From the IMG/VR virus record IMGVR_UViG_2609460053_000008: a DNA stretch of 43,294 nt. The stretch is one strand, 5' to 3'. Below the pieces are notes generated by a model. The model saw nothing but the letters and a program-made list of their open reading frames with translations, ran no database searches and had not been told where the DNA came from. The stretch's first letter is position 1, and each line of letters opens with the position of its first letter. This document shows, in pieces, positions 18,376 to 28,430 of the stretch. The DNA is from a virus (lineage: Duplodnaviria; Heunggongvirae; Uroviricota; Caudoviricetes). The translations under genes were made by a program, and so were the position numbers.

Positions 18376-18717
18376 ATGAAAATGCACAATGCCCCTCATT
18401 CCTGGCCTGACTTACTGGAACTCTTACAAAGTTGGTGGCGTGGAGATACGCCGCTGGGCGCAGTGGTCATGTCAATTATTATGGCTGGTTTGCGCATTGC
18501 CTATTTTGGCGGTGGCGGCGGCTGGAAACGAAAAACGCTTGAGATTCTGCTTTGTGGTGCCCTGACGCTGACCTTTGCATCCGCGCTTGAGTACGTTGGA
18601 TGGCCTAAATCACTTTCTGTTGCCATTGGTGGTGGGGTGGGGCTGATTGGTGTTGATGCTATTCGTGGTGCGGCAATGAGGGTCATCGGTAACAAGTTTG
18701 GTGCCCATAAGGAGTAA
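18376..18717 (+). CDS. Holin, lambda S-like class I, with MKM dual-start motif
   Basis: GGAGG RBS; three hydrophobic segments; pattern parallels lambda S; immediately upstream of the endolysin. Confidence 0.75.
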   Translation: MKMHNAPHSWPDLLELLQSWWRGDTPLGAVVMSIIMAGLRIAYFGGGGGWKRKTLEILLCGALTLTFASALEYVGWPKSLSVAIGGGVGLIGVDAIRGAAMRVIGNKFGAHKE

Positions 18718-18720
18718 TTA

Positions 18721-19197
18721 ATGCAGACACTAAATTCCCAGCGTAAAGCTTTCCTTGATATGGTGGCATGGTCAGAAGGAACGGATAACGGACGGCAGAA
18801 AACCAGAAATCACGGTTATGATGTTATTGTCGGTGGCGAACTGTTCACTGATTACTCCGATCACCCCCGCAAACTTGTCACGCTAAATCCGAAACTCAAA
18901 TCAACAGCCGCCGGACGTTACCAGCTTCTTTCACGCTGGTGGGATGCCTACCGCAAGCAACTTGGTCTGAAAGATTTTTCTCCAGAAAGCCAGGATGCTG
19001 TAGCGCTGCGGCAGATTAAAGAGCGTGGCGCTTTACCGATGATTGACCGCGGCGATATTCGTCAGGCAATTGACCGTTGCAGCAATATCTGGGCGTCGTT
19101 ACCTGGTGCAGGTTACGGTCAGTATGAACATAGAATCGGTGACCTGATTGCCCGATTTAAAGAAGCGGGTGGGGTGGTAAATGAAGCTGAGATATAA
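18721..19197 (+). CDS. Endolysin, lambda R-like lytic transglycosylase
   Basis: Near-identity to recalled lambda R (NSQRKAFLDMVAWSEGTDNGRQKTRNHGYDVIVGGELFTDYSDHPRKLVTLNPKLKST). Confidence 0.95.
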   Translation: MQTLNSQRKAFLDMVAWSEGTDNGRQKTRNHGYDVIVGGELFTDYSDHPRKLVTLNPKLKSTAAGRYQLLSRWWDAYRKQLGLKDFSPESQDAVALRQIKERGALPMIDRGDIRQAIDRCSNIWASLPGAGYGQYEHRIGDLIARFKEAGGVVNEAEI

Positions 19198-19573
19198 GCT
19201 GGTTATTGTTGCCTTCTTTGTTACCGTCATCGGTTTTTTTATCTGGTCTGCCGGGCATTACTACAGCAAATATCAGCACGAAAAGGAGCGTGCTGATGAG
19301 GCTGTACGAAATGCTGAATCTGCAACAGCCATTACCAGTAACGTCCTGCAATCACTGCAAATCATCAATACAGTTATAGAGGCTAACCAGCATGCAAAAC
19401 AGCAGATCGCACTGGAGTCACAGAGAACCCAGGAAGATATCAAAGTGGCTGTTGCGGATGATGATTGCGCTGTTCGTATCGTTCCTTCTGGCGCAGTTAA
19501 GCGGTTGCACGAATACGCGAACGGTATACGTGTCGGTGCCGGTCGTTCCGTTACCAGCCAGTCTGACGGATGA
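19181..19573 (+). CDS. i-spanin Rz-like
   Basis: N-terminal TM segment (LVIVAFFVTVIGFFIW), predicted coiled periplasmic domain; overlaps endolysin 3' end. Confidence 0.6.
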   Translation: MKLRYKLVIVAFFVTVIGFFIWSAGHYYSKYQHEKERADEAVRNAESATAITSNVLQSLQIINTVIEANQHAKQQIALESQRTQEDIKVAVADDDCAVRIVPSGAVKRLHEYANGIRVGAGRSVTSQSDG

Positions 19574-19736
19574 AACACCCCAGCCAGATTTACCCGACCC
19601 GTTTACGTGGGGAGCCAGCCTTAACCTGAATGTTGCGTTGCTGTCAGCGTTAGCACAGTGCAACAGGGATAAGGCCGATATCAGGACTTTTGAGAAAAAC
19701 AGGGCAGCACAAACTAATGGCACGATTAAACGTTGA
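19458..19736 (+). CDS. o-spanin Rz1-like lipoprotein, starting inside Rz in another frame and extending beyond it
   Basis: Signal peptide with lipobox LSGC (MMIALFVSFLLAQLSGC), Pro-rich mature region; start could instead be ATG 19392. Confidence 0.55.
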   Translation: MMIALFVSFLLAQLSGCTNTRTVYVSVPVVPLPASLTDETPQPDLPDPFTWGASLNLNVALLSALAQCNRDKADIRTFEKNRAAQTNGTIKR

Positions 19737-19902
19737 AGTTATCCCACCAGACAGCGAAACGATGAACGGGATTTTTGCAGAGATTGAACGTAAATATGCG
19801 CATCAGCCGATGACGCCAAAAGTTATCGATGAAATGCAACGCGAAGCGGCGCGCCTTGTACGGCGAGCGACAAACACGAAGGTTACGTTCGTTCGGGACT
19901 GA
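19717..19902 (+). CDS. Hypothetical small protein (61 aa)
   Basis: ORF between the lysis cassette and terminase; weak RBS. Confidence 0.3.
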   Translation: MARLNVEVIPPDSETMNGIFAEIERKYAHQPMTPKVIDEMQREAARLVRRATNTKVTFVRD

Positions 19903-19959
19903 CATTACAGAAGCTCCTTTGATAAGGGGCTTCGATAATGTCACTAAGAGGAAAAATTC

Positions 19960-20709
19960 ATGGCAAAACCGGACTGGGAGGCCATCGAATCGGCATACCG
20001 GGCCGGAGTCCTTAGCCTCCGTGATATAGGCGAGAAATACGGCGTAACAGAAGGGGCTATCAGGAAGAGGGCTAAAAAGCTTGGTTGGGTACGCAGTGGC
20101 GGTACGCAGGTTTGCAAAAATGGTACGCAAAAAAGAAAAGTGCGTACCAGCAGAAAGCCTGCCATTACTGGCCTTACACAAAAAGGTACGCAACCAAAAA
20201 CAGAAGCTACACCGGATACGAAACCGATACGCGGAATGCGTACCGATCCCCCGACTAACCCATTCCAACCCGGTAACCAGCAGGCATTAAAACACGGTGG
20301 TTATGCCCGTCGCCTTCTGCTCAAAGATGAGGTGATAGAGGACGCTAAAGCGTTGACGCTCGAGGACGAATTATTTCGCCTTCGTGCTAACAACCTTGTC
20401 GCTGCAGAGAATATTGGTCGGTGGCTGGTGTCGCTGGAAGATGCTAATGGGGACCAGGAAAGGAAGATGCTGATGGAAAATATCAGCGCCGCCGAGAAAG
20501 CAATGATGCGCAATACAGTTCGTATTGAGTCCATCGTTGGCACGCTTGCGACGGTAGGAAAAATATTTGCTGATACAGCCTACCGCAAGGCCGCCACTGA
20601 TAAGGTGTCTCTGGAGGCTGATCGTCTTCGCCGTGATGCAGGTATTGATGATGGCAATGGAGAGCGTGACCTCAATGACTTCTACTCTGACATCCAAACC
20701 GACGCTTAA
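19960..20709 (+). CDS. Terminase small subunit
   Basis: N-terminal HTH (LSLRDIGEKYGVTEGAIRKRAKKLGW); immediately upstream of the large subunit; AAGAGG RBS. Confidence 0.7.
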   Translation: MAKPDWEAIESAYRAGVLSLRDIGEKYGVTEGAIRKRAKKLGWVRSGGTQVCKNGTQKRKVRTSRKPAITGLTQKGTQPKTEATPDTKPIRGMRTDPPTNPFQPGNQQALKHGGYARRLLLKDEVIEDAKALTLEDELFRLRANNLVAAENIGRWLVSLEDANGDQERKMLMENISAAEKAMMRNTVRIESIVGTLATVGKIFADTAYRKAATDKVSLEADRLRRDAGIDDGNGERDLNDFYSDIQTDA

Positions 20710-22078
20710 TCCGGCTTTACGTAGTTTCTGGACTACGCGGGCACGTAACAAAGTGCTTTATGGTGGCCGGTCATCGTCAAAATCATGGGATGCCGCTGGC
20801 ATTGCCATATTTCTGTCGAATAAATACACCCTGCGTTTTTGTTGTGCCCGTCAGATCCAGAACAAAATCGAAGAGTCGGTGTATACCCTGCTCAAAATTC
20901 AGATAGACAGGTTTGGCCTGCGGCACCGTTTCCGTATTCTGAACAACAAAATCATTAACCGGGTTACAGGCTCGGAATTTGTTTTTTATGGATTATGGCG
21001 CAACATCGAAGAAATTAAGTCACTGGAGGGGATCGATGTGTTGTGGCTGGAAGAAGCCCACGCACTGACGGAATACCAGTGGAAAATTCTGGAGCCAACG
21101 ATCCGTAAAGAGGGGTCGGAATGCTGGTTCATATTCAACCCCGGACTTGTTACTGATTTCGTCTGGCGCAACTTCGTTGTTGATCCGCCCGAAGGCACTC
21201 TCATCCGCAAAATTAACTATGACGAAAATCCGTTTCTGTCTGACACCATGCTTAAGGTTATCGACGCGGCGCGACGCCGTGATCCGGATGGTTTTAAACA
21301 TGTGTATGAGGGCGTTCCGGAGTCTGATGATGATGCGGCAATCATCAAACTGTCCTGGATAGAAGCCGCAGTGGATGCGCACAAAACGTTAAATTTCGAA
21401 CCCAGTGGAAGAAAGCGTATTGGCTTTGACGTGGCTGACAGTGGTACAGATAAGTGCGCTAACGTTTACCGTCACGGATCCGTTGTTTTCTGGGCCGACG
21501 AATGGAAGGCCAAAGAAGATGAATTACTGAAGAGCTGCCAGCGTACTTATCAGGCGGCGCTGGAGCGTGAAGCAGATATTGTTTACGACTCTATCGGTGT
21601 TGGTGCGTCTGCCGGTGCTAAATTCTCTGAAATTAACGCTGACCGGAAGAGCGAGAATGCATACGCGAGACGTGTGAATTACCAGAGGTTTAACGCCGGT
21701 GCTGGTGTGCATGAGCCAGATGACGAATACAACGGCATCCCCAACAAAGACTTTTTCGCAAATCTTAAGGCTCAGGCATGGTGGCTGGTGGCTGACCGTT
21801 TCAGAAATACGTTTAACGCCATTAACAACGGAGAACAGTATCCTGTGGATGAGCTGATCAGCATAGATTCTCGTTGTCCGTTGCTTGAAAAGCTGAAACT
21901 GGAACTGACAACACCTCATCGCGATTTTGACCGTAACGGACGTGTGATGGTCGAAAGTAAAAAAGACCTCGCAAAACGCGAGATACCGTCACCAAACGTT
22001 GCTGACGCATTCATTATGGCCTTCGCGCCAATTGATACATCGCTGGATATCTGGGAACAGCTGGGGAGACAGGCCTGA
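20675..22078 (+). CDS. Terminase large subunit
   Basis: ATPase and nuclease regions; start ambiguous among in-frame ATGs at 20648-20675. Confidence 0.85.
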   Translation: MTSTLTSKPTLNPALRSFWTTRARNKVLYGGRSSSKSWDAAGIAIFLSNKYTLRFCCARQIQNKIEESVYTLLKIQIDRFGLRHRFRILNNKIINRVTGSEFVFYGLWRNIEEIKSLEGIDVLWLEEAHALTEYQWKILEPTIRKEGSECWFIFNPGLVTDFVWRNFVVDPPEGTLIRKINYDENPFLSDTMLKVIDAARRRDPDGFKHVYEGVPESDDDAAIIKLSWIEAAVDAHKTLNFEPSGRKRIGFDVADSGTDKCANVYRHGSVVFWADEWKAKEDELLKSCQRTYQAALEREADIVYDSIGVGASAGAKFSEINADRKSENAYARRVNYQRFNAGAGVHEPDDEYNGIPNKDFFANLKAQAWWLVADRFRNTFNAINNGEQYPVDELISIDSRCPLLEKLKLELTTPHRDFDRNGRVMVESKKDLAKREIPSPNVADAFIMAFAPIDTSLDIWEQLGRQA

Positions 22079-23544
22079 TGGCACGAAACAAACAAGCCCT
22101 GCGGCGAACTGCGCAGGCCACAGCTGATGGTTATGAGAATTTTATTGCCCGCGTAGGGATGCAGACACCTAACCAGCACTCAGCATCCACCTACCGGGCT
22201 AATTTCACCAGTCGTAACCGCATGCTGGTGGAATGGTCCTATCGTTCGTCCTGGATCATCGGCGAAGCAGTCGATGCTATCCCGGATGATATGACCCGCA
22301 AAGGCATTCGCATCACTTCGGAAATTGATGCAAAAGATCGCGGCATTCTCGAATCACAACTGGATGAGTTGCAAATCTGGGATGCACTGAACGACGTGCT
22401 GAAATGGTCGCGCCTCTATGGCGGCGCGGTGGGTTTCATCATGATTGAGGGGCAGGCACCAATGACCCCTCTGCGACCCGAAACCATCGGTAAAGGCAAG
22501 TTTAAGGGGATTCTCCCGCTCGACCGCTGGATGATTGACCCGGTACTGACCCGCCGCATTAAAGATATGGGGCCGGACCTGGGTAAACCTGAGTTTTACG
22601 ATGTGGTGACCACAGCAACGGGAATTCCTGCCTGGCGCATTCATCACAGTCGCCTGATTCGCTTTGATGGCGTCACGCTGCCATTTCAGCAGAAGATGAC
22701 TGAGAACGAATGGGGAATGTCGGTTGTAGAGCGTATCTGGGATCGTCTTACCGCGTTCGACAGCGCTACTGTCGGTGCGGCGCAGCTGGTCTACAAGGCG
22801 CATCTGCGTACCTACAGCGTGGAGAAGCTACGTGAGCTTATCGCACTTGGTGGTCCTGCGTATGAAGCGTTGCTGAAGAATATCGACCTGATTCGACAGT
22901 TCCAGAGTAATGAAGGCATGACGCTCATGGACTCGCGGGATAAGTTTGAAACCCATCAGTACAGTTTCAGTGGTCTGGATGACATCCTTTCGCAGTTTGC
23001 AGAACAGATTAGTGGCGCTGTTGGTATTCCACTGGTGCGGCTGTTTGGACAGTCCCCGAAAGGATTTTCTACCGGTGATGCAGACCTTGCCAACTATTAC
23101 GACCGGGTAAGCTCGCTGCAGGAGAGGCGTTTACGTCTTCCGGTGCGGCGGATACTGGACATCATGCATCGCTCGGAACTTGGCAAGCCGCTGCCGGACG
23201 ATTTCACGTTTGAGTTTAACCCGCTCTGGCAAATGTCTGATGTCGATCGCTCAACGGTGGCGTTAAACACTACCAACGCAATCAGTACGGCGCTGGGTGA
23301 TGGTCTGATGACACTGAAAGCCGCTATGACTGATTTGCGCGAAAATTCTGACGTAACCGGCATCGGGGCATCCATTACCGACGAGGACATCGAGAATGCC
23401 GAAGATGAAGCGCCGCCCGGCATCGGCGAACCTGATGACGAACCGCAGGAACCGTCAGGCGGAAATCCGCTATCGAACCAGCCTACGCAGGATAGCGCGG
23501 GCGGTCGGAGACATCGTAAATGGTCGCTACGATGGTTCAAATGA
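22078..23544 (+). CDS. Portal protein
   Basis: 488 aa, ATG overlaps terminase stop (TGATG); position and size. Confidence 0.75.
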   Translation: MARNKQALRRTAQATADGYENFIARVGMQTPNQHSASTYRANFTSRNRMLVEWSYRSSWIIGEAVDAIPDDMTRKGIRITSEIDAKDRGILESQLDELQIWDALNDVLKWSRLYGGAVGFIMIEGQAPMTPLRPETIGKGKFKGILPLDRWMIDPVLTRRIKDMGPDLGKPEFYDVVTTATGIPAWRIHHSRLIRFDGVTLPFQQKMTENEWGMSVVERIWDRLTAFDSATVGAAQLVYKAHLRTYSVEKLRELIALGGPAYEALLKNIDLIRQFQSNEGMTLMDSRDKFETHQYSFSGLDDILSQFAEQISGAVGIPLVRLFGQSPKGFSTGDADLANYYDRVSSLQERRLRLPVRRILDIMHRSELGKPLPDDFTFEFNPLWQMSDVDRSTVALNTTNAISTALGDGLMTLKAAMTDLRENSDVTGIGASITDEDIENAEDEAPPGIGEPDDEPQEPSGGNPLSNQPTQDSAGGRRHRKWSLRWFK

Positions 23545-24169
23545 CAGTATCACGGAAATTATTGAGGCGCTGGAACGCTACAGTGAAATCATCACCCCCT
23601 GGGCGACAAAGGTCGCGGAAAACTTTACTGCGGACCTAACCCGGCAGAACGAGAAAGTTTGGCGGCAACACAGCAAGAACATCAGTCGCGAGCTCCGCAA
23701 TCTTGTGGAAAGCGCTCCTGTGGGCCAGGTGATGCAATCCATCATCGCCGAACAGGTCAAGTACATCAAATCGCTCCCCCTCGAGGCGGCTGACAGGGTG
23801 TACGACATCCAGAATCGGGCGATAGAAGCTGTTGTGACCGGTGGGAGAGCAGAACATTTTGCTAAAGAAATAGCCGCATCGGGTGATATAGCAAAGTCCA
23901 GAGCTGACCTGATTGCCCGTACTGAACTTGGACGTGCAACCGGCGCGCTGGATCAGGCGCGTGCGCTGTCAATTGGTTCGAATGGTTATATCTGGCGTAC
24001 AGCCGAAGATGGTGACGTCAGGCATTCTCATCGGGAAATGGAAGGTAAATTTGTCGAATGGGGCAAACCTCCAACGCTTGACGGCATGACCGGTCACGCT
24101 GGCGAGCTCCCGAATTGTCGCTGTTATAAAGAAATCGTTTTTCCCACCTCCCAATCTTATCCCGCCTGA
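23396..24169 (+). CDS. Head morphogenesis / minor capsid protein (Mu F or SPP1 gp7-like)
   Basis: 257 aa following the portal; GAGGA RBS; overlaps portal 3' end by about 149 nt. Confidence 0.65.
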   Translation: MPKMKRRPASANLMTNRRNRQAEIRYRTSLRRIARAVGDIVNGRYDGSNDSITEIIEALERYSEIITPWATKVAENFTADLTRQNEKVWRQHSKNISRELRNLVESAPVGQVMQSIIAEQVKYIKSLPLEAADRVYDIQNRAIEAVVTGGRAEHFAKEIAASGDIAKSRADLIARTELGRATGALDQARALSIGSNGYIWRTAEDGDVRHSHREMEGKFVEWGKPPTLDGMTGHAGELPNCRCYKEIVFPTSQSYPA

Positions 24170-24183
24170 ATCGCAGGTAACAC

Positions 24184-25404
24184 ATGAAATATTTTTTCAA
24201 TACCCGGCTGGGGGAAACCCGCTATCAGCTGGCTGACGGCTCGTTGCTGTGCAGAGACGTGCCGATAGGACGAACAGGTAAGCAGCTCTATGGTGCTGAT
24301 GACTTGCCAAAACTGAAACCCGATAAGTTCGGTGAAATAGTCGTCACGCGTTCTCCTGAGCAGGTATTCCATCCGGCCACGCTTGCCTCATTCGAAGGGA
24401 TGAGCATCACGATTCTGCATCCTGAAGATGAAAACGGGAATGTGCGGCTGGTAAATCCCGAGAACTGGAAAGAGCTTGCTGTCGGGCACCTCCAGAATGT
24501 CCGGCGCGGGACGGGTGAGCAGTCTGATTTGATGCTGGCTGATCTTATCGTCAAAGACGAAAACGCCATTCAGCTTATCGAAGATGGCCTGCGCGAAGTG
24601 TCGTGCGGCTATGACGCGGAGTACGAGCAGACCGAGCCAGGTAAAGCTGAGCAGGTCGATATTACCGGAAACCATGTGGCTCTTGTCCCTAAAGGCAGAG
24701 CCGGAAATCGTTGTGCAATTGGAGACAGAGACACAATGGCAAATCAAAAGAAAAACTGGTGGAACCGCATGCGTGCGGCCATCAAGACAGGAGATGCCGA
24801 CACCATGAACGAACTGGTGGAGTCGGCTCCCGCATCGGTTACAGGAGATGAGGGGGATTTGCCGCAGGGCGTTAATCTCAACATCAACCTGTCCCCGCAG
24901 CAACCACTACCGGACAAAGCACCAGAGATGGGTGGAGGTCCAACCGGCGACAGTGATGATGACCTCAAAACATTACTGAAAGCCCTGCTGGCTAAGCTGG
25001 AAGGACATGCGACGGGCGATAACGATAATAAACCTGACGATAATCCGACCGGTGACGGCGAGGACGATGAAGAGGAAACCACGATTACTGGTGACTCAGC
25101 CTGGCGTGCCGAAGTTATCGTTCCGGGTATCGATCTGAGCCGTAAGATAAAACCGACCGCGTTCAAACGCGAGGTTCTGGCTTCCGCAGATAAAACGCTG
25201 GTTCGCCAGATCGTCGGTGATGCGGATATCCGCAAATTACCGAAACAATCGGTCGACATGGCGTTTAATGCCGTGTCTGAGATTGCCAAAGGGCGAAACA
25301 CCCGCGCCACCACCGGCGATGCACAGCGCCTAAACATGGGCATGACCAGTATCGCTTCCCTGAACAAACAAAACGCTGAATTCTGGGCAAACCGTAAAGG
25401 GTAA
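24184..25404 (+). CDS. Putative scaffold / prohead protein with acidic linker
   Basis: 406 aa between portal and capsid genes; D/E-rich segment (DNDNKPDDNPTGDGEDDEEE). Confidence 0.5.
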   Translation: MKYFFNTRLGETRYQLADGSLLCRDVPIGRTGKQLYGADDLPKLKPDKFGEIVVTRSPEQVFHPATLASFEGMSITILHPEDENGNVRLVNPENWKELAVGHLQNVRRGTGEQSDLMLADLIVKDENAIQLIEDGLREVSCGYDAEYEQTEPGKAEQVDITGNHVALVPKGRAGNRCAIGDRDTMANQKKNWWNRMRAAIKTGDADTMNELVESAPASVTGDEGDLPQGVNLNINLSPQQPLPDKAPEMGGGPTGDSDDDLKTLLKALLAKLEGHATGDNDNKPDDNPTGDGEDDEEETTITGDSAWRAEVIVPGIDLSRKIKPTAFKREVLASADKTLVRQIVGDADIRKLPKQSVDMAFNAVSEIAKGRNTRATTGDAQRLNMGMTSIASLNKQNAEFWANRKG

Positions 25405-25407
25405 AAA

Positions 25408-25914
25408 ATGAATAATGTATTTCTGTACCGGATGCCTGTTGGCATTGCCGGGGCTGTCTCTCGCCCGCAGGACTTAACCGTCGAACCGGTGGTCCTTAAA
25501 TCCGATAACGCCTTCGCTGCCTATGGCCTGGCTGGTAAATACGATGATGACGGTTTTTTCGTGCCGCTGGCAGATGGTGATACCGCAGACAAGGTGAAGG
25601 GGATCTACGTGCGCCCTTATCCGACCACGTCGCAGCCGGACATGGTTCGCCAGGTGGGAACAGGCAAGAACTTCCCGGGAGACGCCATGAAGCGTGGCTA
25701 CGTGACTGTTAATCTCGGTTCTGATTTTGATGCCAGCACCATCAAAAAAGGCGACCCGGTATACGTTGTCGTCTCCACTGATGAATCCATCAAAGTGCCG
25801 CTGGGGGGATTCATGTCCACGTCAGTCAGTGGCAAAAATGTGGTGCTGACCAACGCTGAATTCACAGGTGCCGGTGATGCTGACGGCAATGCAGAAATTT
25901 CCTGGAAGATTTAA
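25408..25914 (+). CDS. Head structural protein (putative decoration/accessory)
   Basis: 168 aa directly upstream of the major capsid gene. Confidence 0.4.
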   Translation: MNNVFLYRMPVGIAGAVSRPQDLTVEPVVLKSDNAFAAYGLAGKYDDDGFFVPLADGDTADKVKGIYVRPYPTTSQPDMVRQVGTGKNFPGDAMKRGYVTVNLGSDFDASTIKKGDPVYVVVSTDESIKVPLGGFMSTSVSGKNVVLTNAEFTGAGDADGNAEISWKI

Positions 25915-25925
25915 GGAACAGACGA

Positions 25926-26867
25926 ATGATTACTTTTGATCAGGCAACCGTTGACAGCTCTGGTGCCTTTCTCATCGGGGAGCTGGAGCGACTCGACCAG
26001 ACGCTGAACCTGCCACTGGTGGGGTACACCTGGACCCGCGATATTCAGTTGCGTGAAGATGTCTCTATCGCAGATGACATTTCCAGCTGGACGAATACCA
26101 GCTTCGCCGCTGCGGGTACTGGTGCAAATCCGAATGGCAAAAACTGGGTAGGCAAAGACTCAACCGCTATTGCTGGCGTAAACGTGAATATCGGCAAATC
26201 CGGTAACCCGCTGAACCTGTGGGGGATGGAACTTGGCTGGACGGTCATAGAATTGCAGGCTGCTCAGCAGGTCGGACGCCCGATTGATACGCAGAAGTAT
26301 GACGGGATGCAACTGAAATGGCAGATGGATAACGATGAACAGGTATATGTTGGCGATTCAGCGTTAAACCTGAAAGGCCTTGTTACCCTGGACGGCGTGC
26401 CTGTCAACAACGCTGCCAAAACGTGGGCAACCTCAACACCGGACGAAATCCGCGCAAGCATTAACCAGGTGCTGTCTGATGCGTGGGCCGCTTCTGGTTA
26501 CTCTGTGGTTCCGCGTGATTTGCTGATCCCGCCTGAGCAGTTTGCTCTGTTGTCCAGCATCATCGTTTCATCTGCGGGTAACCAGTCCCTGTTGACGTAC
26601 CTTCAGACCAACACCATCAGCTATCACCAGAACGGTGTTCCGCTGAATATCCGCGCGGTTAAATGGCTGAAAGGCCGTGGTGTGGGGAATAAGGATCGCA
26701 TGGTTGCGTACACCAACGATAAAAAATACGTCCGCTACCCGCAGGTTCCGCTTCAGAGCGTGCCGGTGCAGTATCGCGGTCTGTATCAGATCGTCACTTA
26801 CTACGGCAAGCTGGGTGCAGTCGAGCCAGTGTACAAAGAAACCATTTCGTACGTTGATGGCATTTAA
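25926..26867 (+). CDS. Major capsid protein
   Basis: 313 aa, AAGGA RBS, position after scaffold-like genes. Confidence 0.65.
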   Translation: MITFDQATVDSSGAFLIGELERLDQTLNLPLVGYTWTRDIQLREDVSIADDISSWTNTSFAAAGTGANPNGKNWVGKDSTAIAGVNVNIGKSGNPLNLWGMELGWTVIELQAAQQVGRPIDTQKYDGMQLKWQMDNDEQVYVGDSALNLKGLVTLDGVPVNNAAKTWATSTPDEIRASINQVLSDAWAASGYSVVPRDLLIPPEQFALLSSIIVSSAGNQSLLTYLQTNTISYHQNGVPLNIRAVKWLKGRGVGNKDRMVAYTNDKKYVRYPQVPLQSVPVQYRGLYQIVTYYGKLGAVEPVYKETISYVDGI

Positions 26868-26908
26868 CAGCCATATGGCCCCCTGGCGGGGCCATTAAGG
26901 ATGACCCG

Positions 26909-27130
26909 ATGGCAAAAAATAATGCAGTAATACACGTACATACCCCGTTTGTGCTCACGCTTCCCGACGGTTCGCGGCGCGAGTTTGTTAAAGGCCGTCA
27001 TGCTGTGGAGGAAGACGTTGCCACGCACTGGTTCACTCGTGCGCACGCGGAAGTATCCGTTGGCAAAGCCACAGACGCGCGTAACGAGGTAAAAAATGCC
27101 AAAGAATCAAAGTCTGCCAGCGGTAAGTGA
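26909..27130 (+). CDS. Hypothetical head-associated small protein
   Basis: 73 aa ORF in the structural operon. Confidence 0.4.
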   Translation: MAKNNAVIHVHTPFVLTLPDGSRREFVKGRHAVEEDVATHWFTRAHAEVSVGKATDARNEVKNAKESKSASGK

Positions 27131-27503
27131 TTTTCGCCGCGACTTCCCGCAGTTTGCTGACCCTGCCAAATATCCCGAAGCGCAAATCCAGTTTCGTCTG
27201 AATCTGGCCGATGAACTGCTGAGCGAAAACGTCACCGGCAAAAAGTTGTTTCCGTACTTTGCCGGATTGTTCGTTGCACACTACATGACGCTCTGGGCGG
27301 CAGACAGCCGGGCGATGCTGGCTGGCGGGCCGGGCGGTTCAACCAATGGTGTTCAGTCCTCAAAGTCCGTGGATAAGGTAAGCGTCAGTTATGACACCAG
27401 CGCGACGCTGAATCCTGATGCAGGTTTCTGGAATAACACCCGATATGGCGCTGAATTTTATCAGTTGATCACGATGTTCGGTGCAGGTGGTCGCCAGCTA
27501 TGA
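27096..27503 (+). CDS. Putative head-tail connector/adaptor protein
   Basis: 135 aa, GAGGT RBS, in head-to-tail joining block. Confidence 0.45.
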   Translation: MPKNQSLPAVSDFRRDFPQFADPAKYPEAQIQFRLNLADELLSENVTGKKLFPYFAGLFVAHYMTLWAADSRAMLAGGPGGSTNGVQSSKSVDKVSVSYDTSATLNPDAGFWNNTRYGAEFYQLITMFGAGGRQL

Positions 27504-28054
27504 GTTTCAAAAGCGGTGTAACAACGAGGGTGGATAACGCTAAGGCCATTCTGGATGCGCTCAGGTCGTTAACCAAAAAAGATGTGCTGGTCGGCATCCC
27601 TTCGGAAGACAGCGAGCGGGATGATGTTCCGTTTGGTAATGCGGGCATCGGTTACCTCAACGAATACGGCTCACCAGAGCAGAACATCCCGCCACGACCT
27701 CACCTGGTCCCCGGCGTTAAATCGGCAGAAGAGCAGACGGTGCCGCAGCTCAAAGCCGCGGCGCAGGCTGCACTTGATGGTAATGCTGCGGGAGCAGAAA
27801 GTGCACTCAACCGTGCCGGAACACTGGCCGGTAATGGCGTCAGGCGTTACATGACCATTACCGGCTTTACGCCGCTTGCTGACAGTACTGTTGAAGCCCG
27901 GGCTCGTCGGGGGCGCAAGGGGGCAACACTGGAACTTGCCCGGCGTGTTGCTGGCGAATCCCCGGGAACCGAACTGGCGAAACCATTAATTGACACCGGG
28001 CAATATCGCAGAGCGATTACCCATGTTGTGAGGGATAAAAATGCCGACTCTTGA
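27500..28054 (+). CDS. Putative head completion / virion morphogenesis protein
   Basis: 184 aa, overlapping start/stop with neighbours. Confidence 0.45.
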   Translation: MSFKSGVTTRVDNAKAILDALRSLTKKDVLVGIPSEDSERDDVPFGNAGIGYLNEYGSPEQNIPPRPHLVPGVKSAEEQTVPQLKAAAQAALDGNAAGAESALNRAGTLAGNGVRRYMTITGFTPLADSTVEARARRGRKGATLELARRVAGESPGTELAKPLIDTGQYRRAITHVVRDKNADS

Positions 28055-28430
28055 TGTAACAGATGTGCTTTTTGACCCCGATTTTTGCGACTTCAATTTG
28101 TGGGTAACACGCCGTGTGCAAACGGTGGATGAGGACGGGATCGGCAGCGACAGCGAAGTTAAAAAGCAGTTTGCCGGAGTCGTAACTGTTGATCGCTCTC
28201 TGGAAAACCGTCGTATGCAGGCCGGGCAGGTAATCAGTGGTGCAATTCTGATTGTGACGACTGAGCGACTGACGCAGGGACAGACTGGCCGTGATGCCGA
28301 TATCGTGACGTATCAGGGCCGTGATTATCGTGTGACTTTCGTCGACCCGTATACAGCGTATGGTGCCGGATTCGTTCAGGCGCATTGTGAGTTGCTGCCG
28401 TTTGATGGGGGAATTCCGGTTGAGCAATAA
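28041..28430 (+). CDS. Putative head-tail joining protein
   Basis: 129 aa ORF in structural operon. Confidence 0.4.
   Translation: MPTLDVTDVLFDPDFCDFNLWVTRRVQTVDEDGIGSDSEVKKQFAGVVTVDRSLENRRMQAGQVISGAILIVTTERLTQGQTGRDADIVTYQGRDYRVTFVDPYTAYGAGFVQAHCELLPFDGGIPVEQ

Noticed and set aside
24744-25445. 233-aa minus-strand ORF opposite the scaffold-like gene
   Set aside because: Ser/Pro-rich translation of the antisense strand of an acidic coding region; no start context.
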